Assembly: GCA_964016885.1 (NCBI GenBank)
Contig: OZ024746.1
Span: 8,928,001-8,992,000 of the forward strand
DNA length: 64,000 nucleotides
From: Eledone cirrhosa
Lineage: Eukaryota
Direction of reading: 5' to 3'
Shown: positions 57,050 through 64,000 of the stretch, piece by piece
How positions within the stretch are numbered: the first letter of the stretch is position 1
How the letters are laid out: each line of letters opens with the position of its first letter
Program-made: the position numbers and the translations under genes
Notes under the pieces: model-generated
Database searches by the model: none
Told to the model about the DNA's origin: nothing
Seen by the model: only the letters and a program-made list of their open reading frames with translations

Positions 57050-57106
<57 letters not shown>

Positions 57107-57446
57107 GCACATATATATATGTATATGTATGTATACATCGCTATTTTAGAGCACCAATCCTAATACCTAATTTTTGCTGGACCGGCAATCGCTCTGTATA
57201 ATCACCTCCTGATTATTACTGGAATTCTATAAGAATCCAGCTTCTATAATTTTCGGTGGAAACATGGGTGTGCATGGCTCTGATGAACGCCAACCTTCTT
57301 TCGTCGAAAAGAAGTAAGTGACATAGTCAGTACTTTCAAACTGATAGCGTATGGTTTTCTAAATGTTTTTAATTAAACATACGGTATATTGCCAAATATG
57401 GTATACATACATATATATATATATATGTATATATATATGTATATGA

Positions 57447-57979
<533 letters not shown>

Positions 57980-57988
57980 TTCTCTCTC

Positions 57989-58080
<92 letters not shown>

Positions 58081-58701
58081 AGTGGAAGCTTAGTAAGATC
58101 AAAGCTTTGGCTGTGGGCAAGCAAAGTCGACCTACAATAGGAATGAGTTAGCAAAGCACTCAATAAGGGTAGGTCCTTAGAGCAATAACATACGTTTAAA
58201 TAGCTTGACAAATTGAACACTGCGGTAGGCAAAACCCAACCACACAATACCAAAGTAACGAAAGAACTAACAGGTTAAAGATACACCTGGACAATTCAAA
58301 CGATATACGTTTAAAGTGTTTCTATGAAATCCGAAATCATTTATCCAACTTACGTAACACGCACGCTCGTGGTATTCCATGATCGAACAGAGGATTAATT
58401 TCATCAACAGGATTCCGTTCTGCCTAAAAGCGGTGTGAACAAACAAAATACGGCCGCTAAGAATGCAGCCAGCGAACACTTCGTTGTCACGTGTTATTTC
58501 CAACAAGAGAAGCAACCCCCGGATTTTGGCGGGTAAATTGAAAGTGTTAACAAGGGAAATATTATAATTTCCGCTAACATTCCGAATAAAAGCTCTCAAC
58601 CAGATGTTATTAAACAAACACAAATAATTAACGAATCAACAGAATTGTCTAATTAAATTAATTAGTTAATTATTAAATCTAGGAGAAAATAATGCAAGTG
58701 G

Positions 58702-58741
<40 letters not shown>

Positions 58742-58744
58742 GTA

Positions 58745-58906
58745 TAGAGCGTCAGATACCATGTTTTGCAGCATAGTTATGGCTCTTTGCGTTCTGAGTT
58801 CAAATCCGCCGCGGTTAACATTACCTTTCATCCTTACGAGGTCGATAAAATAAAGTACCAGTGGTGCACTGGGGTAATCGCTGGTCTTGTGCCAAAAGTA
58901 GAAAAA
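58745..58906 (+). mobile_element. tRNA-derived SINE, 5' end lost
   Basis: B box ctgagttcaaatcc, central domain and 3' end match the consensus. Confidence 0.85.
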
Positions 58907-58910
58907 CTAT

Positions 58911-59301
58911 ATAAATATATAGACAGACTGAATAAAAAATGGCGTAGACATACAACACAACAGGAGGAACAATGAATATAACACCACTGACGATGTTGCA
59001 GATGTGCAACGAAAGATTTATGTAAATTATGTAAACTATATATATATATATATATGTGTTTGTGTTTATATTGTATCTTTATTATTTTTGACCGCCGGTC
59101 AGTCAATGGCAACATTGAGGACCGAGTAAGTTAGATCGCAGATATAAAAGACAGCGAGAAGCGAAAACCAACCAAACAGTGAGTGTGTTCTGTTATTAAT
59201 TCTGGCAATATTACGCAAATATGACCTTCCCCAAGTATAACAATATCTGTTTCGACACACGATTTCATATAAAAAAACCTCGCAAAACTAATTCATCGCC
59301 G

Positions 59302-59302
<1 letters not shown>
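58911..59302 (+). mobile_element. Solo pseudo-LTR of the 28.3-29.3 kb Penelope-like element, including 3' tail; hammerhead-like core at 58981-59023
   Basis: Near-identical reverse complement of 28264-28600; CTGACGA-t-GTTGCA-gatg-TGCAAC-GAAA-gatt-TA; ends actaattcatcgccgc-(TA)n. Confidence 0.85.
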
Positions 59303-59360
<58 letters not shown>

Positions 59361-59398
59361 TGTATATATATATATGCATATACATATGTATATGAATG

Positions 59399-59593
<195 letters not shown>

Positions 59594-59669
59594 TTCTGAT
59601 GGTAGCTAAGATGCTTCCATAGGCGTTATGTCGGTTGAGCACTCTATGTTCTTACAGATCAGAGTATGA

Positions 59670-59895
59670 TATAATATAAAACGAAAAGTCAGTGATGCAT
59701 CTGAACTCAATTTATTGTGTGTTACAACTGTTTCGCCGGCGGACACTCGTGAGAGAATTTGCTCCGAAATCATTAGACGTGTCCGTCGAACCTGAGGATC
59801 CAGAATCAGACAGATCCACACAATAATCGGGTCTCGAGCTGTCCGCCGGCGAAACAATTGTAATGCATCACTGATTTTTCGTTTTATATTATATT
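59670..59895. mobile_element. Family K fold-back element; related pieces at 60457-60503 and 63650-63875
   Basis: tataaaacgaaaa.tcagtgatgcat...ttacaa.tgtttcgccggcggaca / tgtccgccggcGAAAcaattgTAatgcatcactga.ttttcgttttata. Confidence 0.75.
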
Positions 59896-60630
59896 ATATT
59901 ATATTATATATATACACTTAAAAAAGTAATTGATCTGCTCGTATATTTATGATCTTGTGATATTTGTTTTATCCTTCTTCCGGGAAGTTCATATATTCGG
60001 ACATACTGGGTGGGAATATGAAGCTGAGATATTACTGAAACACCAGATGAGTAGCTATGGATACATCAGAAGTATTCAGTGAAATGATAAACAGATTACA
60101 CTCCAACTCCAGAGAAGCATACGCTGGCAGCTGCAGCTATCTGTAACATGCCTACCCTTAACCTATAAAACTTTAACATCCGTAATATTCAGACAACTTG
60201 TTACACACCTGAAATTCAACTGTTGCCAGAAGAACACAGAAGGTAGCGGAAAGGGGTGTATGGCTGTACATAGAAGATGCTGGTAAATCAGTCTATTGTA
60301 GACAATTCTAAAAATAGATAAACAAACCTCATCATTTCTTAGATTGACAATCAAAATGTATTCAACTGCATTCCACATTCTCGTGTACCTGAGGCGCAGC
60401 ATTAAAGAAGGGGGGGGGGTAATTAGGAACGCTATCATAACTATAATAAAGAGACGAGTGAGAGAATTTGCTCCGAAATCATTAGACGTCTCCGTCGAAC
60501 CTGCGAATATATTTTTTCATCCCGTTAGTAAAATAAGTTAGATTACTTTGAATAAATAATAAATGAATATTACATAATTTATCTACTAAATTTCGTGGAT
60601 GTTGATTAAATATAAATATTTTTATATATA

Positions 60631-61632
60631 ACTAGCATTAAAGCCCGGCGTTGCTCGGGGTCAGTAAGTTATCAAAGTTAGCTTGCACCACCCATTTTAT
60701 GGCAGCACTTTTTTGTCTGCCAGGCACTGGGTGAATGAATTGCAGACCTGGACTGCCGAAGCAGGAGCTGCGCCAGCAGCGACAATTGTAGTTTCGCCTA
60801 TGGATATTATCTCTGTGCAAAGAAGTGTTGAAATTTATTGTTTCACAGTACTTGCGCAACACGCGCGTAGACGATGCCAGCCGAACAACAGAGCTGCGAT
60901 GGAGTTGTTCTGCATGGTTGTCTAATGTGTGTTTTCTAAATTTAAGACAATAGGGAGGGGTGTGATAGTTAGCTGCTGTTTCTAGCAGATTTAGTGACCT
61001 CATAGAGGATATGTTTTCTAAATTTAAGACAGTAGGGAGTGGTGTGATATGGGGGAGAGTTAGCTGCTGTTTCTAGCAGGTTTAGTGACCACATAGAGGA
61101 TATTATTGTGTATAGTAAATGAACTGATACTTCTTTCTTCCACGTTCGTTGATAGATGTTTTAAAAAAGATTTATCGCTATTTTTGTTGTTGTTGAATAC
61201 ATTTATCTGTTGATTTTGAATATGGGGGAGAGTTAGCTGCTGTTTCTAGCAGGTTTAGTGACCTCATAGAGGATATTATTGTGTATAGTAAATGAACTGA
61301 TACTTCTTTCTTCCACGTTTGTTGATAGATGTTTTAAAAAAGATTTATCGCTATTTTTGTTGTTGAATAAATTAATCTGTTGCTTTTGAATAATTGTTGT
61401 TTCGTATGAAATGTAATAAGTTCTCTTTGTCACTGATGAAGGGGAGTAGAGAGAGGTATTATGATTGTATTAGAGGGGTAAAGCGTCATGTATTTAGTTT
61501 TATTGATTATTTCCGTAATTCTGGGTGAGTTTGAATGAAATAAATAGTCGTTGACCAAAGTTCGACCATTTACAACATTCTTACAGACTTTGAGTCGAAT
61601 CGGTTTGAAATTGTGCAAATGTATAAACATGG

Positions 61633-61731
<99 letters not shown>

Positions 61732-61760
61732 CACCAACATAAATCTGCCTTTTATAGATA
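60631..61760 (+). mobile_element. Non-autonomous Helitron/Helentron (DINE-like) element with internal tandem duplications and (CA)n near the 3' end
   Basis: Begins actagcattaaagcccggcgttgctcggg (short hairpin); internal repeats at 60940-61400; ends gaatcggtttgaaattgtg...(CA)n...gccttttatagata. Confidence 0.55.
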
Positions 61761-62482
61761 ATGATGATTGCTTATTTTAAGATTCACTTCTTTAAACATT
61801 TTCAAATGTATACACTTCCGGTTAGCGTTTGTTATATCATAACACTTATTACATCGCTTACATTCAAATATTTGAATAGTTATGCAGTTTATATATAATA
61901 TCGTCTTTTTTAAATGTATCATGGATTACTTTACTTACATAAGACTGTGTAACACATTCTCTCTTCAATTTCTGTGCATATATTTGCATATAATATAAAT
62001 ATGCACACTACACATGCTAACAGAAAACCACCCGAAGGGGTGGTTTTTTCTGCTAGTATCAATAAAAAGGGGAATCCTTTAAGGGCTCTCGTTATCTTCC
62101 TTACATTTTTGCCATGTCTATACAAGGAAACGATAAACCAAAACTAGAAACTAACTCCACTGAAACATTATATCTAAATAACAATACAACACAAACAGGT
62201 CACAATTCCAAAAACAACACGTAAAAGAAAACCACACTATGGCAAGTACTCCGCAAGACATAACAAATAAATAAGCCAAAATGAAAGGCAACTATAGCTA
62301 AAATACTCCGGACTAAAAGCAAAAACAGGTATATATATCTATAGGTATATATATCTATAGGTATGTATATCTATAGGTACGTTTCCCTCTTCAGATGATT
62401 CTCTCGTACTATTTATCAGTTCAGCTTATTTAATTCCATTTATTATATCAACAAGTTGATTTGAGGTTTTGCCTTAAAATAA

Positions 62483-62667
62483 TTGTTTCTACTATAGGCA
62501 CAAGGCCAGCTATTACCCAGTGCATTACTGGTACTTTATTTTATCGACCCCGTAAGGATGAAAGGCAAAGTCAACCTCGGCGGATTTGAACTCAGATCCT
62601 AAAGGGACGTAACTATGCTGGAAAGCATGGCGTCCGACCCTCTACTGATACTGCCAATCCATCCCCA
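62483..62667 (-). mobile_element. tRNA-derived SINE with 15-bp TSD ttgccttaaaataat
   Basis: TSD at 62469-62483 and 62668-62682. Confidence 0.92.
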
Positions 62668-62848
62668 TTGCCTTAAAATAATATTACAAAGCTTATTTAG
62701 AAACACCAAATTCTTATTGGATATTAAAGGGACACGAAAGAGTGTTTGTTGCCATGCCTACGTAACAACTAAAATATATGTTGGCAGATTTACCCCAAGT
62801 GTTGATCACAATTATTTTCTTGTCTGCCATTTTTATCCTTCCAAATAA

Positions 62849-63070
62849 TGGTTTCTAATTTAAGCACAAGGCCACCAATTTTAGGGGAGGGAGGGGAAAA
62901 TGTCGTTTAAATCGACCTCTGTACGTGACTAGTACTTTATTTTATCAACCCCGTAAGGATGAAAGGCAAAGCTAAACTCGGCGGAATTTGTAGATAGAAC
63001 GTAAAGGGCCGTAACTCTCTGCTGTAAAGCATGTTGTCCGACGCTCTACCGATTCTGCCAATCCAACGAC
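62849..63070 (-). mobile_element. SINE, longer subfamily
   Basis: ggtttctaatttaagcacaaggcca.caattt...tactttattttatcaaccccgtaaggatgaaaggcaaag...ctaccgattctgccaatcc. Confidence 0.85.
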
Positions 63071-63694
63071 CTTATCTTTCCAAATAATGATTATAGAACA
63101 AAGATAACATTTTTGTTTCCCTGATTTATTTATTTCACTCATATTTCTCGTCTCTATCAAATGACTTAGTACCTGCATAATAAAAAATGGTCAGAACTAG
63201 AGAAAGTCGACATCAAACGGTCCCTCATCTTCGTATGGATTGGTCAACAATTATATATATTAATATCCTATTCTACTTTATTAATATATTCTCTACTTTA
63301 TTACAATAAAGAATGTTATACACAAAGAGTAAATGTCATATTTGTTTCAAGAGCGACTACAAAATTATAAATAGAAAAAACAAGCCTTCTCAAACCTTGA
63401 TTAATCACGTGATGTTTTAATATTACTTTCAGTAATATTAATCGTACTCACATGATGTTGTTGATATCATGAAATCATTTCAAGAATAAAACACATGACA
63501 AATCTTCGAGAGTCACACACTTCGGTTAGAGAAAAAAAACTATCAGGAAAGCCAAATAATCTTCTTTTATAACATTATCTCTAATTGTTGGTATATATAT
63601 ATATATATACATACATACCCCCCCCCCCATATATATATATATAAATATAATATGGAAAACGAAGAATCAGAGATGCATCGGAACACAATTTATT

Positions 63695-63787
63695 ACGTAT
63701 TACAATTGTTTCTCCGACGAACAGCTCGAGGTACGATCTGTTTGTGGATGGAACCTGACTCTGGATTCGCAAGTTCCTCAGATACGT
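63695..63787 (-). ncRNA. Type I hammerhead ribozyme with ~60-nt helix II domain (family K)
   Basis: Minus strand: acgtat-CTGAGGA-[~60 nt]-GAAA-caattg-TA-atacgt; perfect 6-bp helix I and palindromic helix III. Confidence 0.72.
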
Positions 63788-63902
63788 CTAGTGACTTCGA
63801 AAGAGGATTTCGAAAGAGGATTTGCTTCGAAACTAAACGTATGTGAGGAACTTGCGAATCTAGAGTGAGGTTCAATATATATACAGTATATATATATACA
63901 GT

Positions 63903-63960
<58 letters not shown>

Positions 63961-64000
63961 AATATAAATTTAGCGAGAATCGTATTTCGGCTATTGGAAA

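Overview
AT-rich, microsatellite-dense animal (invertebrate) genomic DNA. The repeat content resembles an octopod cephalopod, which is an inference. I find no convincing host protein-coding gene: almost all ORFs in the track are translations of simple repeats. Contents: (i) about 12 copies of a tRNA-derived SINE, several with clear TSDs; (ii) a degenerate RTE-clade LINE RT fragment, a mariner-type MITE and a Helitron/DINE-like element; (iii) a 9.7-kb 28-bp satellite with an exact 2896-bp higher-order period, followed by (TAG)n, a 21-bp minisatellite and (CTA)n in opposite polarity; (iv) two Penelope-like (PLE) coding remnants, an RT C-terminal fragment at about 0.5-0.87 kb and an open GIY-YIG endonuclease frame at 28.8-29.3 kb. 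The most striking signal is a community of at least 10 short, mutually dissimilar element families. They sit almost always inside (TA)n tracts, are often built as asymmetric fold-back palindromes, and most carry a complete or partial type-I hammerhead ribozyme with a short palindromic helix III. Several have the compensatory U3-A8 core variant or very long helix II insertions. They look like PLE pseudo-LTR-derived or retrozyme-like mini-elements, and their junctions preserve a consistent 'short arm + inverted tail' integration signature. All ribozyme folds were read by eye; activity is untested.
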